DNA of 64,000 bases from an uncultured Alphaproteobacteria bacterium (GTDB taxonomy: Bacteria; Pseudomonadota; Alphaproteobacteria; Sphingomonadales; Sphingomonadaceae), in contig CAVVRK010000006.1 in the NCBI GenBank assembly GCA_963750615.1, positions 132,017 through 196,016 of the forward strand. Reading direction: 5' to 3'. This document shows, piece after piece, positions 11,619 through 21,457 of the stretch. The translations under genes were made by a program, and so were the position numbers. Position 1 is the stretch's first letter, and every line of letters begins with the position of its first letter. The notes under the pieces were generated by a model. The model worked only from the letters and a program-made list of their open reading frames with translations. It did no database searches and was not told the origin of the DNA.

Positions 11619-12833
11619 CTAAGCACGCTTAGCTTTGGTGCGATTACCTAGCGTGTGTAGTTCTGGTGTAATCTCGTCAAACATACCCGTGTCAATCGCA
11701 GCTATCGCACTATCAATATGTTCGTCCGTTAAATGCACATATCGCAGGACCATTTCGAGGGTCTTATGGCCACTGATCCGTTTGATAGTGGGAAGATCAA
11801 CACCCGCCTGTACTAACCTCGTAATGGCGGTGTGACGCATTACGTGAGGGGTAACCTTTTTTGGGTCTAGCCCCGCTCTTATAACGGCGCGCTGAAACTG
11901 GTCCGCCATAGTCTTGCGGTAGGGAGTTTTACAGTTCTTGCTCGTCGGGCTAAATATGTAGCCCTCTTGGTCATCTCGTCTTTTACGCTCGTCGGCCAGC
12001 ATTGTAGCTAAACTGGTTGTCATCGGTTGGATACGCTGGCCAGCCTTTGCTTCGGGAACGTGAATTCGATGGTTGTCAAAATCGATAGCGTCCCATCGGG
12101 TTCGCAACATTTCACTGTGGCGCATAGCCGTGTTTTGACCATACGCGATGAACAACCAAGCTGCTGGGTCTTGATCCTCAATGCCACCTTTTAGAAGCGC
12201 TGACTGATCCGCCACGGTCAAAATCACTATTTTCTTTCGCTTCTCTTCTTCCTTAGCGATCTTGGGGCGATCATCTGCCCTAATCCACTTCCACTCTACC
12301 ATCCGATTCATAAGATGGGATAAGGTGGCTAGTTCTCGGTTTACCGTCGCCGCTTGTGCCTTAGCGTCGATGCGTTGGCGAACGTATTTTTTTACTGTGA
12401 GTTCGGTTATCTTATCTACGCAATGGCCTTTGAAGAAAGGTATCAAGTGCAAATTCAAGTTGCGCTTTTTGTTCGGCAGGTCGTGGAACCCTTTTGCGCC
12501 TTCAAATAGAGTGCCTTCAAGGTATTGCAGATACGTCTCGCTAGCCTCCTGAAAAGTACGGTGCGTTTTTCGGCTAGTCGGGAGGTTTAACCGCCCCTCG
12601 CGTGCTTTAGTCCGAAAGGATTCAATTGCACGCTCCGCTTGTTCACGCGTCACGCCTTCGGACTCTTTGCCGATTACCCTGTGAATTCGTTGACCATCTA
12701 TCATTACGTTAACAGCGTAACGTATATCGCCGGTCTTGAGGCGTTCCACAATAATCCCGTGCTGTGTAATGCGTTCGCCTGCTACAAGAGCCCTAATTGC
12801 GGTCCTGCTAAGACGATCAAAGCGCAGTGCCAT
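11619..12833 (-). CDS. int: tyrosine-type site-specific integrase (P4-like)
   Basis: 404 aa. C-terminal catalytic motifs HVMRHTAITRL and LVQAGVDLPTIKRISGHKTLEMVLRYVH. Adjacent to the tRNA att site. Confidence 0.93.
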   Translation of the reverse strand: MALRFDRLSRTAIRALVAGERITQHGIIVERLKTGDIRYAVNVMIDGQRIHRVIGKESEGVTREQAERAIESFRTKAREGRLNLPTSRKTHRTFQEASETYLQYLEGTLFEGAKGFHDLPNKKRNLNLHLIPFFKGHCVDKITELTVKKYVRQRIDAKAQAATVNRELATLSHLMNRMVEWKWIRADDRPKIAKEEEKRKKIVILTVADQSALLKGGIEDQDPAAWLFIAYGQNTAMRHSEMLRTRWDAIDFDNHRIHVPEAKAGQRIQPMTTSLATMLADERKRRDDQEGYIFSPTSKNCKTPYRKTMADQFQRAVIRAGLDPKKVTPHVMRHTAITRLVQAGVDLPTIKRISGHKTLEMVLRYVHLTDEHIDSAIAAIDTGMFDEITPELHTLGNRTKAKRA

Positions 12834-13696
12834 CAGACAGATCCCAGCACGGAAGATGCTGTTCGGAAGTCCCTAATCTGGCCAGCAATTAGCTTTCCTT
12901 GCTCTTCGGCTTCATACTGTGCGGTGGACAGTTCCTTCAATTTGGCCTTCATTCCGTCCAACTCCACCTTAAGTCGAACCAGTCCCGCCATCATTGCACG
13001 TGCCCCGAAAGCAATATCGGGTGCTCCTGGCTTGTCATTATCTTTAAGTTCCCACTGATCTGCAGGAGAGTCCAATGGAACTAGCACACGGCGGCCGAGA
13101 AAAAGCAGCGTGTTGTATACTTGTCGCGATTCCAAACTCATGCTTTCAGTTGCGACAATGTCACTCAAATCTTGACCATCATTTTTACTAGCGTCAAATT
13201 TACCTTCGCTTGGCGAAGGTAAAAATTTTATCATTGCACTGGACATATGGGTGACCAGCGAACTGGATATGATGCCCCAATTTTCCAGCATATCGAGAAT
13301 GCCGTCTATTTTTCTTTGCTGGTCATTGATGCTGTTGGATATTTCCATCACTTCAGCCTCATTGATCAACGGAGGTCGAAAGTCCGAATATATCGCTTCA
13401 AGTGATTTTCTAACCGCCTCGAAGCAAACCTGATCGGCATGCCAGCGTTGTCCCGTGATATGCTCAATCTTACTGATCACACGCCGAATTGCCTGGAATA
13501 GAGAGGCAGTAGTCTCATCGACTGGTCCGTCATCCCGCAAGAAGGACTGCTCAAGACGGTTGACCAGTTCAGCATTCATCGAAACCTTATTACTGGCGGC
13601 GGAAGCAAACAGCTGCTGCCGAATTTTGTTACTAATCCGTACCTGAAGGCCAACCCAATCTTTAACCGGCTTCGCTTTCGCATGGTCATCACTCAC
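12833..13696 (-). CDS. Arc/MetJ-like (ribbon-helix-helix) DNA-binding protein with long C-terminal extension
   Basis: The N-terminus VRISNKIRQQLFASAASNKVSMNAELVNRLEQSF resembles the Arc-type RHH motif. Its stop overlaps the int start (TGATG), so the two are co-transcribed. Confidence 0.55.
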   Translation of the reverse strand: MSDDHAKAKPVKDWVGLQVRISNKIRQQLFASAASNKVSMNAELVNRLEQSFLRDDGPVDETTASLFQAIRRVISKIEHITGQRWHADQVCFEAVRKSLEAIYSDFRPPLINEAEVMEISNSINDQQRKIDGILDMLENWGIISSSLVTHMSSAMIKFLPSPSEGKFDASKNDGQDLSDIVATESMSLESRQVYNTLLFLGRRVLVPLDSPADQWELKDNDKPGAPDIAFGARAMMAGLVRLKVELDGMKAKLKELSTAQYEAEEQGKLIAGQIRDFRTASSVLGSV

Positions 13697-13708
13697 GAAA
13701 TCATCTCC

Positions 13709-13832
13709 TCATCATGTAGCAACATGATGACGCACCAAATAAATTCTGTCAAGATAGAAATAGTAGCAATGTGCTACTGGAGGATTGCATATTCCTAGTT
13801 TTTGTACTAATTAGCATAATAGCACTTTGCTA
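13709..13832. promoter_or_regulatory. divergent promoter region with three palindromes (candidate operators)
   Basis: CATCATG-TAGCAA-CATGATG (13709-13728), GTAGCA-ATG-TGCTAC (13763-13777) and TAGCA-CTT-TGCTA (13820-13832). They lie between the divergent genes 12833-13696 and 13846-14052. Confidence 0.4.
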
Positions 13833-13845
13833 CTATGGAGTAAAA

Positions 13846-14052
13846 ATGATGGAAAATGTGGACATTTGTCGAGTCGTCGCAACCCCCGACGGCAGAGTTT
13901 CGAGAGTTGAAGCTGCCAAATTTCTCGGCTTCAAGCCGAAGACATTAGCTGAATGGCATCGGAAAGGGTTAGGCCCCAAAAGCCAGTTGGTCGGAGGTCG
14001 TCGCTTTTATACCCTGAGCGATCTGAAAAGTTACGTCTTGCCAGTTGAATGA
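13846..14052 (+). CDS. helix-turn-helix DNA-binding protein (excisionase/AlpA-like)
   Basis: MMENV...VSRVEAAKFLGFKPKTLAEWHRKGLGPKSQLVGGRRFYTLSDL. GGAG RBS sits 6 nt upstream of the ATG at 13846. Confidence 0.65.
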   Translation: MMENVDICRVVATPDGRVSRVEAAKFLGFKPKTLAEWHRKGLGPKSQLVGGRRFYTLSDLKSYVLPVE

Positions 14053-14282
14053 ACGATGCATTGGCAACAGGGTTCGCTCAAAACCAAAAAGAGGCGCTGG
14101 ATTCTAGCAATTCTCCTTCTCGAAACTGAAAACTTGCTGGCAGGCATTTCATGCATCGCTGCATTTAGCTTGGACGCCTCAAGGCGTTCAAGCAACGCCC
14201 TGATTGCTGCCTGTGACGCGCGGGCGGTTAATCATTGTTCTGTCAGAAAATACCAGCCCTACGAGTTAGCGGGGATTACCCC

Positions 14283-14714
14283 ATGCCGTTCATGACACCT
14301 AACCGCCCCGCCCCGATCGATTTTGTCCAGATTAAGGCCGACAATGCGTTGCCAGGTGTCGTAGCCGCGTCGGTGAAGATCATCAAAACCGGAAAAGAGT
14401 TCAAAGCTCGCTGCCCGTTCCATGACGACCGTTCCCCGTCGCTAACACTTTACAATTCAGGAGGCTGGCGTTTGCAATGCTTCCGATGTGGGGTCGGCGG
14501 CGACGTGATAGATTGGGTGGCGAAGTTTAATAAGACATCGGTAATAGACGCGTCATATAACAATGAGTTACTGGGGCAGGAAGACAAAGTTATAGAGCCA
14601 CTGGATTCAAGAGAAAACCACGGCGCGGCGGCAACCGTTCCAAGGCTTAAGACCAAAAATTTGGCAATCCTTGGAACCATCGTTTATACAGTAAACGGGG
14701 AGGCATCGCAATGA
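14283..14714 (+). CDS. CHC2 zinc-finger (DnaG-primase-type) protein
   Basis: KARCPFHDDRSPSLTLY...LQCFRCGVGGDVIDWV is the CHC2 primase zinc-finger pattern. No TOPRIM domain follows. Confidence 0.7.
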   Translation: MPFMTPNRPAPIDFVQIKADNALPGVVAASVKIIKTGKEFKARCPFHDDRSPSLTLYNSGGWRLQCFRCGVGGDVIDWVAKFNKTSVIDASYNNELLGQEDKVIEPLDSRENHGAAATVPRLKTKNLAILGTIVYTVNGEASQ

Positions 14715-15010
14715 ATGCCTTTACCACTGTTAAACCAGTAGATGCCATTCGCACTTTCATGCCCGGTATAGGCGAAGCCGAATATGAATTGCGGGTAAAG
14801 CTTCGTACCATGCGCGATTGCGCATCCGTATTGATTGCCAGAACGGACAGTGACACGGCGAGAGCGTTAGCTTGGACGTGTTCCGAATATGCTACAGCAT
14901 ATCTTTATGCAATTGCTAACTATGACACGCTCAACGACGTTGGGCGCTTTTGTAACCGGCTGATGCTGACTGCATTGCAGGCCGAAGCTATCGACGATTG
15001 GAGGCACTAA
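14711..15010 (+). CDS. hypothetical protein
   Basis: 99-aa ORF, translationally coupled on both sides (ATGA at 14711, TAATG at 15008). Confidence 0.45.
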   Translation: MNAFTTVKPVDAIRTFMPGIGEAEYELRVKLRTMRDCASVLIARTDSDTARALAWTCSEYATAYLYAIANYDTLNDVGRFCNRLMLTALQAEAIDDWRH

Positions 15011-16278
15011 TGACCCTTCAACCAACAATTGACGAAATGTTGGCACTTGCCGACCTTGAACGAAGCGCCTGGCAAAACGCACACAATGAGCCTTTCAAAT
15101 TGCCACTTTCGACGCTCAATCTTGCCCAACTAGCAGGCACAAGAGCAACCGCAAAGCAATTCGCAATAGAGCAGATCGCGCCGCTGGCTGAAGTGACATT
15201 GTTCACGGGCCCCGGAAGTGCGGGAAAGAGTTTGTTAGGTCAACAGCTCGCCACAGCTGCTGCGGCAGGGCAAAACTGCCTTGGTCTTGGCGTTCAACCG
15301 GGGCCAGCCATATACTTGACATGCGAGGATGATGCCGACCAGCTTCATTGGCGGCAACAGCACCTATGCGAAGCGGCTGGCGTGGGCATGGCGAGCCTTG
15401 CGGGCAAGCTGCACTTGGTAAGCCTACGCGGAGTGATAGATTCACACCTATGCACGTTTGCGAGTGACGGCACGCTTGAACTCCAACCCGCCTATAATAG
15501 GCTGGAGGAGATGATAAAGTTAACTGGCGCGAAGCTGGTGTTTCTGGACAACGTGGCGCATCTATTCACGGGCAATGAAAACGATCGGGGGCAAGTGACC
15601 CGATTTATCAATCTGTTGAACAGACTTGCGGGAAGCACGGGCGCAGCAATTTTATTGATCGCTCACCCAAACAAAAGCGGTGACAATTATAGCGGCTCGA
15701 CGGCATGGTTGAACGCGGTCCGCTCGCAAGTGACGCTTGAACTTCAGAGGGATAATGACGGTAATATAATCGACCCCGATGCCCGCGTGCTCAGAACTGG
15801 CAAGGCCAACTATTCCCTGCTTGGCGAAGCGGTCAAATTTCGCTGGCATGAATGGGCATTCGTCCGCGTGGAAGATTTGCCCAGTGATACCCGTGCCGAG
15901 CTTGCTGACGTCATAAGGGCCAATGATGAAAACGCGGCATTCCTGAAATGCTTGGCGATAACCACCGAGCGCAAAAAGGCCGTATCTGAAAACCCCGGCA
16001 CCAACTATTTCGGCACGGTTTTTTGCAAGATGCCAGAGGGCAAGAAATACACGCGGGTTGCGTTTGAACGGGCGTTTGAGCGGCTAATAAGCCTTGGCAA
16101 AATCCAGCTCGACGCCAAGCTTTGGCAGCGTGAAAACAGGCAATGGAAATACGGAATAAAGTGCACCGACCTCCCCGCACCGACCCCCCGCACCGACCCG
16201 CCCCGACCCCCCAGCCAAGTCATTGATAATGCTTGCACCGACCCGCTCGCACCGACCCCCTATATACTACGTATATAA
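15010..16278 (+). CDS. RecA-fold AAA ATPase (RepA/AAA_25-like)
   Basis: Walker A FTGPGSAGKS and Walker B-like LVFLDNVAHL, plus LLIAHPNKSG. Start moved to the ATG at 15010 behind a GGAGG RBS. Confidence 0.8.
   Translation: MTLQPTIDEMLALADLERSAWQNAHNEPFKLPLSTLNLAQLAGTRATAKQFAIEQIAPLAEVTLFTGPGSAGKSLLGQQLATAAAAGQNCLGLGVQPGPAIYLTCEDDADQLHWRQQHLCEAAGVGMASLAGKLHLVSLRGVIDSHLCTFASDGTLELQPAYNRLEEMIKLTGAKLVFLDNVAHLFTGNENDRGQVTRFINLLNRLAGSTGAAILLIAHPNKSGDNYSGSTAWLNAVRSQVTLELQRDNDGNIIDPDARVLRTGKANYSLLGEAVKFRWHEWAFVRVEDLPSDTRAELADVIRANDENAAFLKCLAITTERKKAVSENPGTNYFGTVFCKMPEGKKYTRVAFERAFERLISLGKIQLDAKLWQRENRQWKYGIKCTDLPAPTPRTDPPRPPSQVIDNACTDPLAPTPYILRI
16163..16277 (+). repeat. five direct GCACCGACC repeats plus AT-rich palindrome
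   Basis: GCACCGACC at 16163, 16177, 16190, 16235 and 16249. TATATAC-TAC-GTATATA at 16261-16277. All lie in the last 40 codons of the ATPase gene. Confidence 0.6.
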
Positions 16279-16280
16279 AT

Positions 16281-16305
16281 GGGCAGGCCAGTGGGCCGCC
16301 TGCCC
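16281..16305 (+). terminator. stem-loop after the ATPase gene
   Basis: GGGCAGGC-9 nt-GCCTGCCC directly after the stop. Only a weak T tract follows. Confidence 0.4.
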
Positions 16306-16564
16306 AAGATTTGGATGATTATGATTGGGCCGCACCATGAGAGTGCCGGCACATGATGCACGCCAGATCGCTCGCGACATTGGCAGGTTGTTGCCTGACT
16401 GGTGAAAGCCCGAACGCTACTTTGAGAATAGGTCCGAAATCGAACATACCTGAAACGGCTCGGAAAATCCTTCAGGCGATGAGATAAAATTCGGTGAGGA
16501 CTCTGCTACTTGCAGTCCACGTCAAACATATCTGCGGCCAAGGACAAACGACAATAATCGCTAA

Positions 16565-16721
16565 AATTGTGTTGAAAAAATTGATATGCCAGAGCGTGGC
16601 GAAATTTCTTTCCAATTGATTGGCTCAGTTTGGAATATTGATTCAAGCGCCCGCGCGACAGGATGCAATCTTTTCTGTTCAGTGCAATAAAATTAAGCGG
16701 GCTGACTTTTTCAACAGAATT
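16565..16721. mobile_element. 157-bp MITE, copy A
   Basis: Ends AATTGTGTTGAAAAAATTG ... GACTTTTTCAACAGAATT. About 85% identical by eye to the reverse complement of the interior of 34930-35086. Confidence 0.7.
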
Positions 16722-17073
16722 CACAACATTCCTGCCATTAGCACCCCCTTGATCTAATCGATAAAAGCAGTCGCAGGCATCTGCAAAATTTAAGGTTAAC
16801 GAACGTCCGGTTCTGACGGCCAAAATCGGACCAGCGAAAGGATACAATGTTCGCGAGCGCTGACATAAAATCGACCTCCGAATGCGTCTGCACGGATACA
16901 GGACGCAGCCGCACGTTGCGCAGCCATCCACCGCGTCTTTGCGAATGCACGAGGTTGATTAGCGCGGCAGTCTCTGTTGACGGCTTAGAGAAAGACCCGC
17001 CACAGCATTTAAAGCTTCGCAATGACATGAGGATTTGCGCGGCTTGGCGGATTTTTCAATAGCACTCATACCC

Positions 17074-17913
17074 CTAGCTCTTGCCGCTACTCGCCTGCCC
17101 GCGCCGGTGCATGTCCCAGCCGCGATTGTGCAAATTCAACCATTGGCTCTGTGGACAAGCGGCAGCCAGTTCGGCGAATATTGTTGCATCGCTTGCATAA
17201 ACGTCACCGCTGACCCGAGCTGTTGAAATGAGATGTCTGTTAGCGATGATCGCCGTTGTCAGGACGTCGGCCAGCACCTGCTCACGCACTTCGTCCCAAT
17301 TGCCATGCTCGACCGCCTTGCCAATCGCTTTAGACGCGATGGGCTTTGCCGGGATACCTGTCGCATGGGCATATTCTGGCATGTGGACGAAGTGCCCCTG
17401 CCCCTTTAGCACATTGGAGAGGTCGATGCGCTCGCGGCTGTGGGGATGGCTGTCGCGAAGCCTTTTCGGCAGAACAAGCCCGTGCGTGGCTGCGGTGCGC
17501 CGCAGTGTCGGCATTTCTTTGCACTCACTCCCCCAGGCGACCGGCACCGCATCAGGATAGCGGTCGAGCAGGCCGAAGAATGCGCTGACCATCGCGACTT
17601 CGTCGTGCGTCCGCGCGTCGTGTACGCTTACATTATGGACGATGGGCTGAAGCGCTCCTGTCGGGTAGGTGATGAGCGCCCATGCGCCTGCAACCGCGTG
17701 ATGGTAGGGCCATTTGCACCTGTACTCGCCATCTGGATCGTCGGCACGGCGGTAAGCGTCGTATCTGTCGATGTCGTACTCATATTCGAAGTCGAAGATG
17801 CAGAAGGTCTCGGTTGGCAGCCGATCAAGTGACCTCTGCCGCGAAAAAGCGATTGCCTCTCGGTCGAGGTCGGTGACGTTGCCGTCGCTGGCGGCGGATT
17901 CAAAAAAGTTCAT
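17074..17913 (-). CDS. predicted 3'-5' exonuclease, PolB-exonuclease-like (COG3298-like)
   Basis: 279 aa. FCIFDFE looks like an ExoI DxE motif. Overall resemblance to the PolB-exo-like family is from memory. AGGAG RBS present. Confidence 0.55.
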   Translation of the reverse strand: MNFFESAASDGNVTDLDREAIAFSRQRSLDRLPTETFCIFDFEYEYDIDRYDAYRRADDPDGEYRCKWPYHHAVAGAWALITYPTGALQPIVHNVSVHDARTHDEVAMVSAFFGLLDRYPDAVPVAWGSECKEMPTLRRTAATHGLVLPKRLRDSHPHSRERIDLSNVLKGQGHFVHMPEYAHATGIPAKPIASKAIGKAVEHGNWDEVREQVLADVLTTAIIANRHLISTARVSGDVYASDATIFAELAAACPQSQWLNLHNRGWDMHRRGQASSGKS

Positions 17914-17997
17914 AACTATACTCCTGATACACGAAAGCCCGCCAGTGGCGGGCCTTCGTGGGTGAGATGGCGATATTGATGGTAAGATGCGCGACGG

Positions 17998-18936
17998 TCA
18001 GAATGCCGGGCCGTCGAGCTCATCTTTGATGGTGGGCTCGACCTTGAGCGGCCGGTGGCGCTCGGCGGCCGTGATCGGCGTGAGCAGCGGTGATTGGACG
18101 CCAAGCTGGTACAACCAGGCAACCTCAGCTTTGCAAGCGACTTCCTCGATCTCGGTCCACCAGGCTTTGCTGTCGGCATCCCAGCGGTAGCCGCGCTGCT
18201 TAAGGTCGTCCTTCAGCCGGTAGGGCGTGTATCGCGCATCGATCCGCATCGTTGACTGATCCGAGGCCAACAGCAGCCGCTGGAGCAGCGTCTGCTCGCC
18301 ATGTTGCTGCTGCAGCAGCCAGTAGAGCGACCAGACGTCCGCCGCCGCCCTGTGCGCGGTATTGAACCAAGACGTCTGCATCAGGAGATAGCCTTGGACC
18401 CGGCTGTCGAAGCCCAACATAGGCCAGTCGATCTCGGAGCAACTACACGCCCAGTCCTTGCCTGCGGCCGCCGGAAGCCGCCGTTCGATGAAGCTCACGT
18501 CGAATTTGGCATTGTGGGCAACCACCAGCGATGCGCGTGCGAGCATCGCCAGTGCCTGCCGGTCGTCGATCCGCTGCCCGGCAACGTCAGCATCGGTAAT
18601 ACCGGTAATTGCGGTGATGCGTGGATCAAGCCGGACGCCCGGATCCTCCAGCCAGCTGCGCGGCGGCATGACGCCTACTATCCTGCCTTCCGCGTCAACG
18701 GTGACCAGCATGATCGCTAGTTCGATGATTTGGTCGTGATTGGTATCGAGCCCCGTTGTTTCGACATCGCAGATTGCGATGACGCGGCCCCCGTCCGGGA
18801 TCGCGTCCAGCACGATCTCATATGGCTCAGGAACCTGACGTAGCACTTTGCAGGCTGCACTTGCCTCCTGATGCTCATCTGTACTTGCACGATTTGTCGA
18901 CCGCATACGCGCGGTAGGGTCTTGTATACTGTTCAT
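17998..18936 (-). CDS. DEDDh 3'-5' exonuclease (DnaQ/epsilon-like) with C-terminal DUF5710-like domain
   Basis: ICDVETTGLD (ExoI), VAHNAKFDVSF (ExoII) and HRAAADV (ExoIII). The C-terminal KQRGYRWDADSKAWW resembles the small domain seen on plasmid primases. ATG at 18936 behind AAGGAAG. Confidence 0.85.
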   Translation of the reverse strand: MNSIQDPTARMRSTNRASTDEHQEASAACKVLRQVPEPYEIVLDAIPDGGRVIAICDVETTGLDTNHDQIIELAIMLVTVDAEGRIVGVMPPRSWLEDPGVRLDPRITAITGITDADVAGQRIDDRQALAMLARASLVVAHNAKFDVSFIERRLPAAAGKDWACSCSEIDWPMLGFDSRVQGYLLMQTSWFNTAHRAAADVWSLYWLLQQQHGEQTLLQRLLLASDQSTMRIDARYTPYRLKDDLKQRGYRWDADSKAWWTEIEEVACKAEVAWLYQLGVQSPLLTPITAAERHRPLKVEPTIKDELDGPAF

Positions 18937-19340
18937 GGATTTACTTCCTTTGGCAAAGTTGATGAGGCCGAAGGCCGAGTGCTTTTTTCCACTCTTCCTT
19001 CTCACCTCACATCACCTGACCCCGGTCAGCCAAATAGATTTATGAACGTACTTGGACGATCGAGCTGGTGATCGCCGGTTGCGGCGGCATTCTGCGACAC
19101 TAGCGACAGTCACGTTCCGAACTAAACTGGGGCCAAATCGCGGCGTCTTATTATTGAGAAGTTGGGTTCGTTGGGAGATCGCAACATGCAGCTCAATAGA
19201 GGTTAGCATGCTGCCGAGACGTAGCAGGACGGATTTGGATCAACATTGGATAGCTATGCATTGTCGACCCACGATAATATATTTGCAGTAATCTTATTCA
19301 AGCATTGCAATTCGGCTGAAGCGCCCGCATATGATGCGGT

Positions 19341-19946
19341 ATGAATGATATTGCACTTTCGTTGATTCGCCTAGGTGAGATCGCTGAAGTTCGCTCCGGA
19401 TTTCCGTTCCGTGGCGCAATTGACGCACTTCCGCTAGGCGATACTATGGTGCTTCAGGTTCGTGATGTGACTGTGAGCGGGTCACCTGAATGGTCAGGCC
19501 TACCCCGCAAGGAGCTCCCGAAGTCGCGCCCGCCCGAGTACCTTCGAGAAGGTGACGTGCTAATCACCACCAGAGGGCGGCGAAACGACGCCTTGGCACT
19601 CCCTTGCCCACCAAGTGAAGCGGTCGCGGCCACAAACCTATTTGTCATCAGGATACTGAACTGCGCGCGCCTGCTGCCCGGCTTCCTAGCATGGCAGATA
19701 AATCAAAAACCCGCGCAAGAATTTCTCATGGCTGCAGCCACCGGATCCCACATCCTCAATCTTACCCGACCAGCCCTTGAAGCGCTGCCAATCGCATTGC
19801 CAAACCTCAATCAGCAGCAGCGGCTAGTAGACCTAGCTACCAGTATTGCGCAGGAACAGACACTGCTCTCCCGCCTAATTGAAAACCGTCAGCTGCAGAT
19901 GGACGCACTGGCGGCGGCATTTCTGACAGGAAAGACAATCGCATGA
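19341..19946 (+). CDS. hsdS: type I R-M specificity subunit, half-size (single TRD)
   Basis: 201 aa: one target-recognition domain plus one conserved helical region (LPNLNQQQRLVDLATSIAQEQTLLSRLIENRQ). Stop overlaps the hsdM start. Confidence 0.8.
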   Translation: MNDIALSLIRLGEIAEVRSGFPFRGAIDALPLGDTMVLQVRDVTVSGSPEWSGLPRKELPKSRPPEYLREGDVLITTRGRRNDALALPCPPSEAVAATNLFVIRILNCARLLPGFLAWQINQKPAQEFLMAAATGSHILNLTRPALEALPIALPNLNQQQRLVDLATSIAQEQTLLSRLIENRQLQMDALAAAFLTGKTIA

Positions 19947-21457
19947 ACGACCAGATCAAGCAGGATACGGTGAACAAGGCTGCGTGGGCGGCTTGCGGCA
20001 CGTTCCGCGGAACGGTCGATCCGGCCATCTACAAGGATTACATCCTTGTGATGCTGTTCCTGAAGTACGTCAGCGACGTATGGCAGGACCACCATGACGA
20101 GTATGTTCGGCAGTATGGCAACGAACCAGCTCTCATTGCCGAGATGATGAAGAATGAGCGCTTTGTCCTGCCTGTAGGTGCCACGTTCGCGACCCTCCAC
20201 GCACGCCGTCACGAATCCGGCAACGGGGAGCGGATCGACAAGGCCCTGTCCGCCATTGAGGACGCCAACCTCGGCAAGCTCAACAACGTTTTTCAGGATA
20301 TCAGCTTCAACGCTAACAAGCTTGGTGAGGAAGCCCAAAAGAACGACCTGCTTCGCCAGTTGCTTGAGGACTTCGCCAAATCCGAACTGGACATGCGTCC
20401 GTCGCGCATTGGCAACCTTGATGTGATCGGCAATGCCTACGAATACCTCATCAAGAACTTCGCTTCAGATGCCGGACGTAAGGCCGGAGAATTCTACACG
20501 CCGCCCGAAGTATCCGAGCTGATGGCCATCCTGATGGACATGCGAGAGGGCGAAGAGGCCTGCGACCCCGCCTGTGGCTCTGGTTCGCTTCTGATGAAGT
20601 GCGGGCGCCGCGTGCAGGAGAAGTACGGCAGTAAGAAATATGCGCTGTTCGGCCAAGAGTCGATTGGCAGCACATGGGCTTTGGCCAAGATGAATATGTT
20701 CCTCCACGGCGAGGATAATCACCGCATCGAGTGGGGCGACACCATCCGCAACCCGAAGCTTCTCGACGGCGATGACAAGCTCAAGCATTTCGACGTAGTA
20801 GTGGCGAACCCGCCATTCAGCCTCGATAAATGGGGTCACGACACGGCAGAGAGCGACAAGTTCAAGCGCTTCCGTCGTGGCCTGCCACCTCGGACGAAAG
20901 GCGATTACGCCTTCATTCTGCACATGGTCGAGACCATGAAGCCGCGCACCGGACGCATGGCAGTTGTTGTGCCGCACGGCGTTCTTTTTCGTGGCGGGGC
21001 AGAGGGCAAAATCCGCCAGAAACTAATCGAGGAAAACCTGCTCGATTGCGTGATCGGTCTGCCGGAAAAGCTGTTTTACGGAACTGGCATTCCCGCCGCG
21101 GTCCTGATCCTGCGCAAGTCGAAGCCTGACAAGGACGTGCTGTTCATCGACGCGAGCCGTGAATTCAAGTCAGGCAAAAACCAGAACCAGCTGACAACTG
21201 GCCCCGACAGCAACCTCGCCAAAATCATTGCAACGGTCGAAGCCGGGCAAAGTGTGCCGAAGTACGCTCACCTTGCTTCGCGTGATGAAATCAAAGCCAA
21301 CGATTTCAACTTGAACATCCCCCGCTACGTCGACACGTTCGAGGAAGAGGCGGAAATCGATCTGGTGGCGATCCGCACCCAGCGGCTGAAGCTGAAGGAA
21401 GAACTAGCTGCGCTTGAAGTGAAGATGGACGGCTACCTGAAGGAGCTTGGCTTCTGA
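19943..21457 (+). CDS. hsdM: type I R-M DNA methyltransferase subunit
   Basis: 504 aa with the HsdM N-domain, AdoMet motif DPACGSGSLL and catalytic NPPF. Confidence 0.95.
   Translation: MNDQIKQDTVNKAAWAACGTFRGTVDPAIYKDYILVMLFLKYVSDVWQDHHDEYVRQYGNEPALIAEMMKNERFVLPVGATFATLHARRHESGNGERIDKALSAIEDANLGKLNNVFQDISFNANKLGEEAQKNDLLRQLLEDFAKSELDMRPSRIGNLDVIGNAYEYLIKNFASDAGRKAGEFYTPPEVSELMAILMDMREGEEACDPACGSGSLLMKCGRRVQEKYGSKKYALFGQESIGSTWALAKMNMFLHGEDNHRIEWGDTIRNPKLLDGDDKLKHFDVVVANPPFSLDKWGHDTAESDKFKRFRRGLPPRTKGDYAFILHMVETMKPRTGRMAVVVPHGVLFRGGAEGKIRQKLIEENLLDCVIGLPEKLFYGTGIPAAVLILRKSKPDKDVLFIDASREFKSGKNQNQLTTGPDSNLAKIIATVEAGQSVPKYAHLASRDEIKANDFNLNIPRYVDTFEEEAEIDLVAIRTQRLKLKEELAALEVKMDGYLKELGF

Noticed and set aside
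14056-14295. 79-aa ORF between the HTH gene and the CHC2 finger gene
   Set aside because: It has no RBS and overlaps the better-supported start of the zinc-finger gene. Probably non-coding leader.
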